A stretch of DNA of 64,000 nucleotides, from positions 32,001-96,000 of IMG/VR virus record IMGVR_UViG_3300035698_017305; one strand, given 5' to 3'. This document shows positions 8,917 to 17,887 of this stretch, one piece after another (the stretch's first letter is position 1; each line of letters begins with the position of its first letter). A program made the position numbers and the translations under genes. Origin of the DNA: a virus. Under the pieces are notes generated by a model. That model was not told where the DNA came from. It did not search any database and saw only the letters and a list, made by a program, of their open reading frames with translations.

Positions 8917-9986
8917 TGGGAAACATACGACTATTAGTTCTGGGAATGAACCGTAAGTGGTTTACGAGAAGGTCTACAGACTTTGACGATTCAGTTAACA
9001 CTGACCTACTTGAAAAGCATGGCATAGATGCCTTTGTCATAGGCCCTGGACATGGTGAAGTGCCACGTTCCTTTAAGGAGGTACTAACCATCATGGGGGG
9101 ACCCCCAGATGTAATCATCACCTCCGCTGTCTGGAAGTCCCAGTACTGGCGTAAAGGAGACCCCAGGAAGAGGTTGGTAGAAAAACTAATAGGGGCTACC
9201 CCTCTTCAGTTTGAGAACTTCAATAGGATCTGGGAAGAGGTCATGGCCTCTGAATCCCTATTCAAGATCGCTAGAATCGAACATGACTTCTGGTTGAAAA
9301 AGGATTCAGGTAGTGTGGTGGCGCAGCCACAGGCTGACTACAGGATAATCAACCCATACGCCTCCCCGTCTATGCTGGGGGATATATCCAGGTTCTGGCC
9401 CAATGCAAGGGTGTACTTTTTGCCCTTCAGTGTGAAGCCGGAGTTTATCAGGGACGTTAACCCGCCCAATAAGATATGGGATGTGTGCGTGCCGGGTAAG
9501 GGTAATCTAGGGCACCCATTGTACCCCTACCGTGGGCCTATGAGAGCCATAATGACGTCCTCAGGATTCTCTTATCCACCGTACAGTAACTCCACGGGTA
9601 AGCGACCGACTCAATGGGATTTCTTTAACCTCATGCGTGCCAGCAGGATGGTGGTGTTTAGTGGCACTAATTGGAAGGTACCGATAAAGAAATTCTCCGA
9701 GTCATTGGCTTCCGGGTCCTTGGTACTGGCTCATCCAGGTCTCAAGATATACAAGGATCTAGGGATAGTACACGGTAGACATTTCATACAGTGTCCTATA
9801 GATGAGGCGGAAAGTACGGTTAAGAGGTTCCTAGATAAGCCTAGGCTGCGGGAGAAGGTGGCTGCGGCGGGTAAGAAGTTCTTTATAGAAAACCTATCAC
9901 AGGACGTAGTGACCGAGAGGTGGTTTGTCCCATTAGTCCATGAGATACATGGGGAGAGTGAAGTTAATATTAGAGGTAAGCTATGA
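8916..9986 (+). CDS. CgeB/YkvP-like (GT-B) glycosyltransferase
   Basis: C-terminal 'KKFSESLASGSLVL...HGRHFI...REKVAAAGKKF' resembles Glyco_trans_1_2. TAATG coupling gives a start at 8916. Confidence 0.65.
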   Translation: MGNIRLLVLGMNRKWFTRRSTDFDDSVNTDLLEKHGIDAFVIGPGHGEVPRSFKEVLTIMGGPPDVIITSAVWKSQYWRKGDPRKRLVEKLIGATPLQFENFNRIWEEVMASESLFKIARIEHDFWLKKDSGSVVAQPQADYRIINPYASPSMLGDISRFWPNARVYFLPFSVKPEFIRDVNPPNKIWDVCVPGKGNLGHPLYPYRGPMRAIMTSSGFSYPPYSNSTGKRPTQWDFFNLMRASRMVVFSGTNWKVPIKKFSESLASGSLVLAHPGLKIYKDLGIVHGRHFIQCPIDEAESTVKRFLDKPRLREKVAAAGKKFFIENLSQDVVTERWFVPLVHEIHGESEVNIRGKL

Positions 9987-10711
9987 ACCTGATCTTGACT
10001 AGCTACTTCACGGGCAGTGACAATCCTATGTTTGGGGCTAACAAAAAAGGACTGCATAGAATTCAGCAGCACTCCCCTGACCAGTTCGCTCTGATGGAGA
10101 GTTGGTATAGATCGGTGGAGAGGCATGGGTTGAGCGCAGTTGTCCTGCATGATGAGCTGTCGGACGCCTTCGTGGAGAAGTACTCTACTGATCAGATCTC
10201 ATTCCTTCGCACCCCTCTTCAACACCCCCACCTATCCATTAACGAGGAAAGGTTCATACTTTGGAGGAAATTCCTTCTGGAAAAGGGGGACGTTGAGTAC
10301 GCCCTTCTAACTGATTTATTTGATGTTCATTTTCTTCGGGACCCTTTCCCCTTCATGGAAGAGCATCCTGAGTCTGGTTTGTTCACAGGGGACATCCAGG
10401 GTAAGCTACTTAGTGACCGGAAGGGTAAGTACACCTACACTCAGATCGTAAAACTGTTCGATGACTTCCCTTACTGGGACAATCCCAAACTAGGAGCCGG
10501 TACGGTGGGGGGAAGCAGAGAGAACTTGCTGAAACTGTTGGGGGGCATGGAGCAGTTGTTCCTCCACTTTAGGCAACCCAGAACTGATATGGCTGTGTTC
10601 AACTACTGCGCCTATTCCCTATTTGGTGGCCGCATCTTCTGTGGTCCTCCATTTAACAGCCCCTTCGGGGGATATGTTACGGGTGGGGACTTCATCGTGG
10701 TTCACAAGTGA
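9983..10711 (+). CDS. putative GT-A-like nucleotide-sugar transferase
   Basis: 'YALLTDLFDVHFLRDPF', 'GAGTVGG' and 'TDMAVFNY' patterns; lies within the GT operon. Confidence 0.55.
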   Translation: MNLILTSYFTGSDNPMFGANKKGLHRIQQHSPDQFALMESWYRSVERHGLSAVVLHDELSDAFVEKYSTDQISFLRTPLQHPHLSINEERFILWRKFLLEKGDVEYALLTDLFDVHFLRDPFPFMEEHPESGLFTGDIQGKLLSDRKGKYTYTQIVKLFDDFPYWDNPKLGAGTVGGSRENLLKLLGGMEQLFLHFRQPRTDMAVFNYCAYSLFGGRIFCGPPFNSPFGGYVTGGDFIVVHK

Positions 10712-10718
10712 GGAACAT

Positions 10719-11636
10719 ATGATTATATACACGCCATTGCTTAATGAGATGCCGTGGACTCCGTTCCTACTACGTAGTCTGCTAGATCATGACTGCCCTA
10801 TAGTACTGGCTGAGGGGAGGTCTGATTGGTTAAGTGGGATGGACACATCCAAGGATCCTTTTGAAGCCGCCCGTAGTGATGATGGTACTTGGGAGCTGTG
10901 TAAGCACTTCGCTAAGACTTGGCCGGATAGGGTTACACTGAGATACAACGACCCAGGGGAACAAAAGGTTACCTCAGGTAGGGAGAAGCGCAGACCTAGA
11001 CATCTCCACAGAGAGTATGCCTTCTCCCAGATTAAGAACGGGGATTGGCTTCTGACTTTGGATGGCGATAGTTTCTTCTATCCACCCGACATTCCTAAGC
11101 TAAAAAAGCTTATGGGGGCCAAGGAGAACAAGGAAGTGTTGCAGGTACTAGTGGCACAGAAGGTGTTCGTCCTGAACTTCCAGACGTATGTAACTAAGAA
11201 GAAGGTTCCAGGATTGGTTAGTACGTGGGCGTCCTTGTGGCCACTCATTTACCGTAAGGATCCTAGGGTTACTATCCCTATAGGGGATGAGCTGTACAGG
11301 TCTCTTACAGGTAGGCGGATAGTTAAAACTGGATGGCAGAGTAAGGAGTCTTTGCAAAGTGGAGTGGTGCGCCCCAACCCTCATGCTCTAATAGACAGGG
11401 GGATACAGTTCTTCCACTACAAAGGGGTTAAGAAGACGCACAACAGGCGTCTAAGGTATGGAAGAGCGGGAGGGGAAGCATTTGTGGAGCACCCATTAGA
11501 GGCTCCTTATCTCCACCCATATGACGGGCCACACCCAGCCTTGCTTGATACTCACCCGTGGAGGAATGTACCGGATGTTAGAAAAGAAGACCCCAGTTTT
11601 GATTGGCGTGACTACGCTTACCTACTGGATAGATAA
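10719..11636 (+). CDS. GT2-like glycosyltransferase
   Basis: 'TPLLNEMPW', 'VLAEG', 'GDWLLTLDGDSFF' (DxD) and 'FFHYKGVK'. Start at 10719 (GAGGA RBS). Confidence 0.7.
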   Translation: MIIYTPLLNEMPWTPFLLRSLLDHDCPIVLAEGRSDWLSGMDTSKDPFEAARSDDGTWELCKHFAKTWPDRVTLRYNDPGEQKVTSGREKRRPRHLHREYAFSQIKNGDWLLTLDGDSFFYPPDIPKLKKLMGAKENKEVLQVLVAQKVFVLNFQTYVTKKKVPGLVSTWASLWPLIYRKDPRVTIPIGDELYRSLTGRRIVKTGWQSKESLQSGVVRPNPHALIDRGIQFFHYKGVKKTHNRRLRYGRAGGEAFVEHPLEAPYLHPYDGPHPALLDTHPWRNVPDVRKEDPSFDWRDYAYLLDR

Positions 11637-11647
11637 AGAGGATTACG

Positions 11648-12187
11648 ATGGGTAAATTGGAGAGGTATGTTCAGTCACCCAACAGGTTAGACTCCTACAG
11701 GTACCAAGCCATTAAAAGGATATGCAGTGGGCTGTATACCACTGGTAGTACTGCACTGGAGGTCGGCCCAGCAGATGGCACCTTTGCCAGACTGATATCT
11801 GATTTAGGGTTTACCACCACAGCGGTAGACATGGAGAGGAACCCGCAGGTCAGGACTGAAAAGAGAAACGCATACGAGTATGTTATTGTCCCCGGTGGGA
11901 TAGAGAAGTTTGACCATACCCCGTTTGATCTCGTCCATGCTGGGCAAATGCTGGAGCATGTACCCGATCCTTATGAAGTACTATCCCATATCAAGCAATT
12001 GGTTAGGGGGCATATGATCATGACAGTACCGAACTTTCAGATAAAGAGCGGTGAGCACCTAACGGTGTTTACTAAAGAATCAGCTATGGACCTGTTCTCT
12101 AGTTGCTTTGAGGTGACCCACTCAGAAGTGGTGAGGGACCCCAGGAAACATAAAGAGGATTATGTCCTAGTTGGGAGGCCAATATGA
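11648..12187 (+). CDS. class I SAM-dependent methyltransferase
   Basis: Motif I 'ALEVGPADG', 'TAVDM', and 'FDLVHAGQMLEHVPDP...MIMTVPN'. Confidence 0.9.
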   Translation: MGKLERYVQSPNRLDSYRYQAIKRICSGLYTTGSTALEVGPADGTFARLISDLGFTTTAVDMERNPQVRTEKRNAYEYVIVPGGIEKFDHTPFDLVHAGQMLEHVPDPYEVLSHIKQLVRGHMIMTVPNFQIKSGEHLTVFTKESAMDLFSSCFEVTHSEVVRDPRKHKEDYVLVGRPI

Positions 12188-13209
12188 GCCCTGTTATATC
12201 CAAGAGTGAGCCAGACATTCTAGCACTCCATGCCGCTGGAGGCAGTGGACACTCCGGTGCTTTTCTAAACTATGTAAAGAGACACCATCCAAACTTCTGG
12301 TCCAGGATAGGGATGCGGCGGTTCAACATGTCCAAGGATGCAGCACGAACTGATACGTTTCCGTGTGTGGCTGATAAGTACAAGCTCCTGCTACTATGGT
12401 CCCGTGACAGTCTAGGTCTCACTAACCCAGTACTGCTACAGAGGCTGATGGAGCTGGAGGCTAGAGCTTCCACTAAAGGTGTACCATTCATTAACCCACC
12501 TTCAGCATCTGACTCCACCTCCCGTACAGAGCAGTGCCGGATTTGGTATGAGTATTCTCTGCCCGGCGCTGTAGTTCAGGTATGCCCACGAACACTGGAG
12601 GGGTTCAAACACTTCGGTGACACCTATGGCTGGCCATTCATCATAAAGCGTAACTGGGGGCACGGTGGGGGTGACCACGTACAGCTTATAAGCTGCATTG
12701 AAGACGTGAACCTAGAGTCTATGGTAACTGATCGTGTTTGCATTCAATATGTGGAAACTAAGGGACAAGATGGGCTGTATAGGAAGTACAGAGCTGTCGT
12801 GGTGGGTAATCAAGTCATACCTGCTCATGTACAGATATCTAAAACGTGGATGGTAAATTCCGGATCTCAGGATGTTCCCAGCCAGCTTCTGTCTCAAGAG
12901 ACCAAGGAGTATGTGGATGATGACATGCTACCTCACCTACGCTACAACCTGAAGCTGGCGGTACACACACTAGGCTTGACCATAGGGGCGGTGGACTATT
13001 CCTTTGACGCTAAACACGGTTTGGTGCTGTGGGAGGTCACGCCCTGTTTTTCTTTAGCTGACACTATTAAAAGGTATGGATCCGCTGTGTCTAACCGAGT
13101 GTGTGAGGCTATCTACCGGCATTACAAGACTACGTTGGGGGAAGAGTTTAAGGACTTTGAGCTAAAAAGGAAGTGGCCGTTAGACCACCCCTTTTTGTTA
13201 CGCAGCTAA
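12184..13209 (+). CDS. ATP-grasp enzyme
   Basis: 'WPFIIKRNWGHGG', 'CIQYVET', 'YRKYRAVVVG', 'GAVDYS', 'LWEVTP'. Confidence 0.8.
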   Translation: MSPVISKSEPDILALHAAGGSGHSGAFLNYVKRHHPNFWSRIGMRRFNMSKDAARTDTFPCVADKYKLLLLWSRDSLGLTNPVLLQRLMELEARASTKGVPFINPPSASDSTSRTEQCRIWYEYSLPGAVVQVCPRTLEGFKHFGDTYGWPFIIKRNWGHGGGDHVQLISCIEDVNLESMVTDRVCIQYVETKGQDGLYRKYRAVVVGNQVIPAHVQISKTWMVNSGSQDVPSQLLSQETKEYVDDDMLPHLRYNLKLAVHTLGLTIGAVDYSFDAKHGLVLWEVTPCFSLADTIKRYGSAVSNRVCEAIYRHYKTTLGEEFKDFELKRKWPLDHPFLLRS

Positions 13210-14235
13210 GCCAGCAGCCTCTAGCTTGATGAGGTTGTAGGCCATAGCTTTCTTGCTGGCCCCGTCATCAAACCACGCTGATTGGTAGCGTTTCCCGTCA
13301 TCGGAACCACGGTGGTGGTCCAGGTATTCAACGATAGCGTTGTAACCCCCCCACCATGTTCCATGGATTCTGTCCGACCCAAACCCAGCCCCCTCGTGCA
13401 GGCCGAGGATAGAATCCCAGATGTTTTGGGTCCGTGCTGACGCTTCCCCTTCCTCAGGTTCCGGCCAAATTCTCTTAATCACCCTGAACAAACGCTCGTT
13501 GGTCATGTTGGATCCTGCCAACTGGAGGAATTCACCCTGCATATTCCCGAATATGACATCACTACCCCTGACCATATCTTGCATGTCGCCCATTCGTTGG
13601 AGGGCACCTGACCTATGGACTATCCTGAAGAGGCGGGAACCGGTGCGTAGGGCGGTCATGAGCATGTTTGTGCAGGTGACCCTGATAGCTGTTAGTGACA
13701 TCCACAAAGCCCCAGTTCCACCATGCGCGTTAGTTACCATGACATACTTGGTAAGCTGATCTCCACGAACATCCATGGACCCGCCGGGGTATTGGAACAT
13801 CATGAATACCTTCTTACCGTTAGCGTAGTGACCAGCTACTGCCGGGATCATGCCCATCGCTATGAGCTCGTTGGCAATTCCGACCAGCATGCCATTCTGG
13901 ATTGGGATGTACCGTTCTGTCACGGTTCCCAGGGAGATGGGTGGGTGGTTAGGCCCTAGGTCCCGGATGATTTTGTAGTCTCCGTCATGGATGACTTGGG
14001 TCTTAACCTCCGTTTCAACCCACTCACCATTCTCATCAACAGTGGTGGGCGCAGTCTGTTTGAATGGGTAGTACAGGGGCATTTTCGTTACATCCCAGTT
14101 CAACCCAGCCGTCTCTAGAAGTTGCGCTCCAGTCCCCACCCCTCTCAGGTTGGTGGCGGATGAATGGTCTGACTCTTCTAAAGCCAAAGGTAGCCAGTTT
14201 TCAATAGGTTCATTCTCTGGTCTTTCAAAGGACAT
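13198..14235 (-). CDS. DUF932 family phage/plasmid protein
   Basis: 'AGLNWDVTKMPL', 'LGTVTERYIPIQN', 'NAHGGTGA...IRVTCTN', 'GTWWGGYNAIVEYLDH'. Confidence 0.85.
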   Translation of the reverse strand: MSFERPENEPIENWLPLALEESDHSSATNLRGVGTGAQLLETAGLNWDVTKMPLYYPFKQTAPTTVDENGEWVETEVKTQVIHDGDYKIIRDLGPNHPPISLGTVTERYIPIQNGMLVGIANELIAMGMIPAVAGHYANGKKVFMMFQYPGGSMDVRGDQLTKYVMVTNAHGGTGALWMSLTAIRVTCTNMLMTALRTGSRLFRIVHRSGALQRMGDMQDMVRGSDVIFGNMQGEFLQLAGSNMTNERLFRVIKRIWPEPEEGEASARTQNIWDSILGLHEGAGFGSDRIHGTWWGGYNAIVEYLDHHRGSDDGKRYQSAWFDDGASKKAMAYNLIKLEAAGLAA

Positions 14236-14293
14236 GATCTACTCCTTATGTTTACTTAGTATTCTTTTGACAGAATTAGGGCCTCGATTACTC

Positions 14294-14323
14294 TTGACAT
14301 CACTATGCAATCACCTCTACAAT
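14294..14323 (+). promoter_or_regulatory. sigma70-type promoter
   Basis: TTGACA-N18-TACAAT in a divergent intergenic region. Confidence 0.55.
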
Positions 14324-14568
14324 TCTAGGTATACAATACTTGCTTGAGGAGTTGGTGCATTGGAAACAAATTGGACAAAGGCTCGCAAGGCTGGAAATGA
14401 TAATGCGCTTATCAGGACACACTTCCCTAGGCGGGCTGTAAGGCTGCGCCCACAGAGTCGCTCAATAGTTGATATCCTTACTATTTACGTCCCAGTAATA
14501 GCTGGGCTAGTCGGTACAGCCGGATAGAGTTCTTAGTAAACCATACCAAGAAAGGGGGGCGCACAGAG

Positions 14569-14808
14569 ATGAAAACGCCCGGAGAATTGCAAACTGAGTT
14601 GCTAGATTTACCTGGGGTTGTCTTCGCTTCCGTGAAGGCATCTCAACGTGTTGGGGCTATGGCTGTGTACATCGGTACTAGCATCGAAGAAGAAGATGCA
14701 GCCGGTCTCATCCGTGAACTGTTGGGGCAATACCCTAACCACGACTTCGGTGTACAGATTGTACGTGGGGAGACCAGCCTACGATTTAACCGAGGATTGG
14801 TGAATTAA
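14569..14808 (+). CDS. hypothetical protein
   Basis: 79 aa ORF coupled (TAATG) to the next ORF. Confidence 0.6.
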   Translation: MKTPGELQTELLDLPGVVFASVKASQRVGAMAVYIGTSIEEEDAAGLIRELLGQYPNHDFGVQIVRGETSLRFNRGLVN

Positions 14809-15017
14809 TGCAAGGGTCCAAGGTACCAGCACCACTGTGTCCGAATCCTTTATGCCGCAATCAGTTCACCATACGAGTGAAGACTGTGGCAGGTGGGAAG
14901 CGCGCTGAATACATCTGTCCTAAATGCGCGGAGTCTTTTGAGATTCCTCGTGTTGTTATGGGGGAACCCAACCTAAAAAGAAGGGGGAGCACCATTGGCT
15001 CTCCCCCCTCTGACTAA
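14808..15017 (+). CDS. small zinc-ribbon protein
   Basis: CPNPLC...CPKC pairs. Confidence 0.6.
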   Translation: MQGSKVPAPLCPNPLCRNQFTIRVKTVAGGKRAEYICPKCAESFEIPRVVMGEPNLKRRGSTIGSPPSD

Positions 15018-15664
15018 CTGAACAGGTTGTAGGCAGTCATCTTCATGTCTTTCAACGTGAACATGTATCCTAGGTACTCGTCGTTGTCTATAAACCGGCA
15101 TATAGCCTCAGCCATCATACCCACAGTGAAGTGTACTAGGTTACGCGCAAGTGGGTACTCACACACATCCAGTCCGTCCTCTTCAACAGCGGGTCGTTTA
15201 AACCTAGGGTTCCAATACACCTCGGAGTAACCTTGAGCGGCCATCCCTCCGTGTAAGCAGGGCACCACACCATTTCCGCATGTGTCATGGATTAGTTGCC
15301 GGGAGTCCCAGTTGTCAAACGCATCCACCACAAGGCGGTTGCCCCTAAGTATCTTGAGTGCGTTCTTTTCAACCAGCCTACACGTCTCTATCACAGGTTT
15401 AACCCGGTATGCTTGGTAGATCATAGCCTGCATCACAGCAGCTTTGTTCTTCCCAATGAACCTCCTTTCAAAGTTCTGGTTACCTAGGTTATGAGATTCT
15501 ATCTTGTCATCATCCAGGAACCTGACGTTATTAAACCCCAGTTGGTACAGGATAGGAATTAGGTTTGACCCTAAAGCCCCCACGCCACACACCATTATCT
15601 GTGAGTTCTTTCTTCGTGTCAGGTCACCTCGATACAACTCCTCATGGGTTAGGGCATCCGCCAT
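15014..15664 (-). CDS. ThiF/E1-like enzyme (system 2)
   Basis: VCGVGALGS, DDDKIESHNLGNQ, GKNKA, VVDAFDN; candidate catalytic Cys in 'DVCEYPLARN'. Confidence 0.9.
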   Translation of the reverse strand: MADALTHEELYRGDLTRRKNSQIMVCGVGALGSNLIPILYQLGFNNVRFLDDDKIESHNLGNQNFERRFIGKNKAAVMQAMIYQAYRVKPVIETCRLVEKNALKILRGNRLVVDAFDNWDSRQLIHDTCGNGVVPCLHGGMAAQGYSEVYWNPRFKRPAVEEDGLDVCEYPLARNLVHFTVGMMAEAICRFIDNDEYLGYMFTLKDMKMTAYNLFS

Positions 15665-16136
15665 TTTTCCCTCTTATCTGCGGTAGACATGCCTGTCCGA
15701 GTATGGAGGCCCCTTCAAAGTAAAGGTTTCGTCCACGCATGGATAGCAGATCTATGCGGTTGTGGATTTGAATTGGTTGCTTATCCGGCAGGGGTAGAAA
15801 CAGGAAACACCCTATGGTTTGGAAGTCACCAGACGCTGATGCGATGATACATAGCAACGGTCTTCCCAATGCTATTGCCCACCCTGAGTGAGTCCTATGG
15901 TCTGTAGCACTCCAGTGCACGCCCCCACCCGGTGGATGCGTATGCAAGAAGCCAATGAAGTCACTGTGGGGTACAGACAGTTCGTGCAGTCTTTCCATAG
16001 TGACTTCAAAGTCGAAGTTAGCCGGTCCGTTGTCAGTGTAATCAATAGGTATCTTCTGGAGGAGGTGCTCAGCATCTATAGCCTCAGCGAAGTGCAAGGT
16101 CCATCCTAGTTCCCGGAACCTAGTCATAGTAGACAC
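15642..16136 (-). CDS. JAB/JAMM metalloprotease (system 2)
   Basis: 'GFLHTHP-x7-SATD' JAMM motif. Confidence 0.8.
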   Translation of the reverse strand: MSTMTRFRELGWTLHFAEAIDAEHLLQKIPIDYTDNGPANFDFEVTMERLHELSVPHSDFIGFLHTHPPGGGVHWSATDHRTHSGWAIALGRPLLCIIASASGDFQTIGCFLFLPLPDKQPIQIHNRIDLLSMRGRNLYFEGASILGQACLPQIRGKNGGCPNP

Positions 16137-16920
16137 CCCGATTGACCAGACCGCGTTTAGCGGCTTCTATAACCTGGGGGCTGACTCCCAGCTCATCCAT
16201 CATCTGTGAGGTGTGTAGGTTCCGTTCCACTATCATAGAGAACACTCTCCGCTCTAGGTCAAGCTGCTGTACAGCCTCAGTGAGAACTGTAGTCACGCCC
16301 TCACTGGATGTAACAGCCCGTACCGTACCACCAGTTGGGGCTGCAAACTCGGCGAATGCTTCCTCCAACGGTATATCGTGGTGTCCATGTACACATAGGG
16401 CGTGAATGATCACACCTTTCTTCTCAAATGCGGATGACACGTCATCCTCTGTGATACCTTCCCCCTGAGGGTAATGGTCATACTCCTTGTACTTGGGGAT
16501 CCCGTGTTGAGGGGCGTCACCAACCAGTATGCAGTACTTAAGGGAGTGCTCCCTCCATGGGTACTTCAGCGAGGCCGCCAACCCAGTCAGTACTGCCTCA
16601 GGAGCGTCAGCCCCTCCACCAGCGGTGAGCTTACGGATCATAGGTCCCACTTCGGATACCGGGACTAACCTACCATCCGTCATGTCCTTAACTATCCAGG
16701 CATCTGTGAAGTCTCGGTAGGCTGTCACCCCAACTTTGATGTCGGTGTCGGTGTCCTTGGCTACCTTGTTGATCATGCTGAGCATGGTTGTTTTGCAGTA
16801 TTCTAGATCTCTACCCATGGATCCAGTGGCGTCTAAGCAGAACACCAAATCCAGGGATGAGATGTTCTCTTTTTCACCAATCGTATTCATCATCATCTCC
16901 GTCATCATCGTCATCTCCAA
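16120..16920 (-). CDS. vWA-domain protein with C-terminal HTH-like segment
   Basis: MIDAS 'FCLDATGSMG', 'GGGADAPEA', 'ILVGDAPQH'. Exact start uncertain. Confidence 0.9.
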   Translation of the reverse strand: MEMTMMTEMMMNTIGEKENISSLDLVFCLDATGSMGRDLEYCKTTMLSMINKVAKDTDTDIKVGVTAYRDFTDAWIVKDMTDGRLVPVSEVGPMIRKLTAGGGADAPEAVLTGLAASLKYPWREHSLKYCILVGDAPQHGIPKYKEYDHYPQGEGITEDDVSSAFEKKGVIIHALCVHGHHDIPLEEAFAEFAAPTGGTVRAVTSSEGVTTVLTEAVQQLDLERRVFSMIVERNLHTSQMMDELGVSPQVIEAAKRGLVNRGVYYD

Positions 16921-17743
16921 TAGAGTCGGCCCCGTTGGTCCCGGGAACGCTCACTCTGTAGATCAGTTTTCTACGTTCCCCCTCAGCCACTACGCTTCCT
17001 AGTGCGGTTAGGTCATACACCTTGTCGGTACCATTCAGACATATCCCGGCGTTTACCACCTGGAAGTTAGTCTTTCTGACCCTGGTGAAGTAGGGGTTGC
17101 CAGCCCTAGACTTCCATTCGATCACAAGGTGGTCTCCTTGGTCCATCAGACGCATGAGCTTTCCGCCTGAGGCTAAGAGAGCGTCTCCTACCAACTCCTC
17201 TACAGATTTCTTGCGCCGTGCTTTCTCGTGCTGTACAGCCATGGCTAGGGCTAACAAGTCTGTGGGGGTCATGAACTTGGCTTTCTCTACAGTACCTGCC
17301 TTGAACATCTCTAACATGACAGGGGTTTGATCGAACCCTATCCCAGCAGGTTCCCAGTAGTACCAGTTGGTATGATCGGAGGCTACCCTGACCACATCAA
17401 ACCTTTCCGCACCCTCGACCAAGTGGATCGGAATGATCTCATCGTTCCAGGCACCAAACCAGATGCCGTCTTCTTCATAGAACAAACGTACATTAGCCTT
17501 CACAGGGAGGCACTTCAGGTAGTCGTCCTTCTCTATCTCATCTGCGGGCCGTTGAATTCTTAACCAAGGGGGAGCACATCTGAACAGATGCCACCCATGA
17601 GATGGATTACCCTGCACCTTGAGGGTTACCAGGGTCTTGTCCATTATCACTTTGATGCGCCTACTCCCTAGGAAAGGAGCTACCACGTCAGTAGGTGGTT
17701 TGGCACGCTCCTTTTGGATCATCTTTTCGACAAGACTATCCAT
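16874..17743 (-). CDS. hypothetical protein of the TROVE/Ubl operon
   Basis: 289 aa ORF with AAAGGAG RBS, between TROVE and vWA; ends 'GICL..D..YDL..L.SVV.E' plus an acidic tail. Confidence 0.75.
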   Translation of the reverse strand: MDSLVEKMIQKERAKPPTDVVAPFLGSRRIKVIMDKTLVTLKVQGNPSHGWHLFRCAPPWLRIQRPADEIEKDDYLKCLPVKANVRLFYEEDGIWFGAWNDEIIPIHLVEGAERFDVVRVASDHTNWYYWEPAGIGFDQTPVMLEMFKAGTVEKAKFMTPTDLLALAMAVQHEKARRKKSVEELVGDALLASGGKLMRLMDQGDHLVIEWKSRAGNPYFTRVRKTNFQVVNAGICLNGTDKVYDLTALGSVVAEGERRKLIYRVSVPGTNGADSIGDDDDDGDDDEYDW

Positions 17744-17784
17744 AGGACTCTCCTTTCATTGTTTAGGAATGTGTGGGTAGGGAG

Positions 17785-17858
17785 GGAGAATGACGGGATT
17801 CGAACCCGCAGTACCTGGAGTCACAGTCCAGTGCCATAACCGTTAGGCTACACTCTCC
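17785..17858 (-). tRNA. tRNA-His(GTG)
   Basis: 8-bp acceptor with G-1:C73 (GGAGAGTG/CATTCTCC), anticodon arm CTGGA-CTGTGAC-TCCAG, T arm GCGGG-TTCGAAT-CCCGT. No encoded CCA. Confidence 0.95.
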
Positions 17859-17887
17859 ATAAATTCTCCGCCCCCTACCCACACTAA

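Noticed and set aside
14360-14527. Small ORF containing AGNDNA, reminiscent of a tmRNA tag
   Set aside because: No terminal ALAA-type degron and no tmRNA structure; the ORF itself is unverified.
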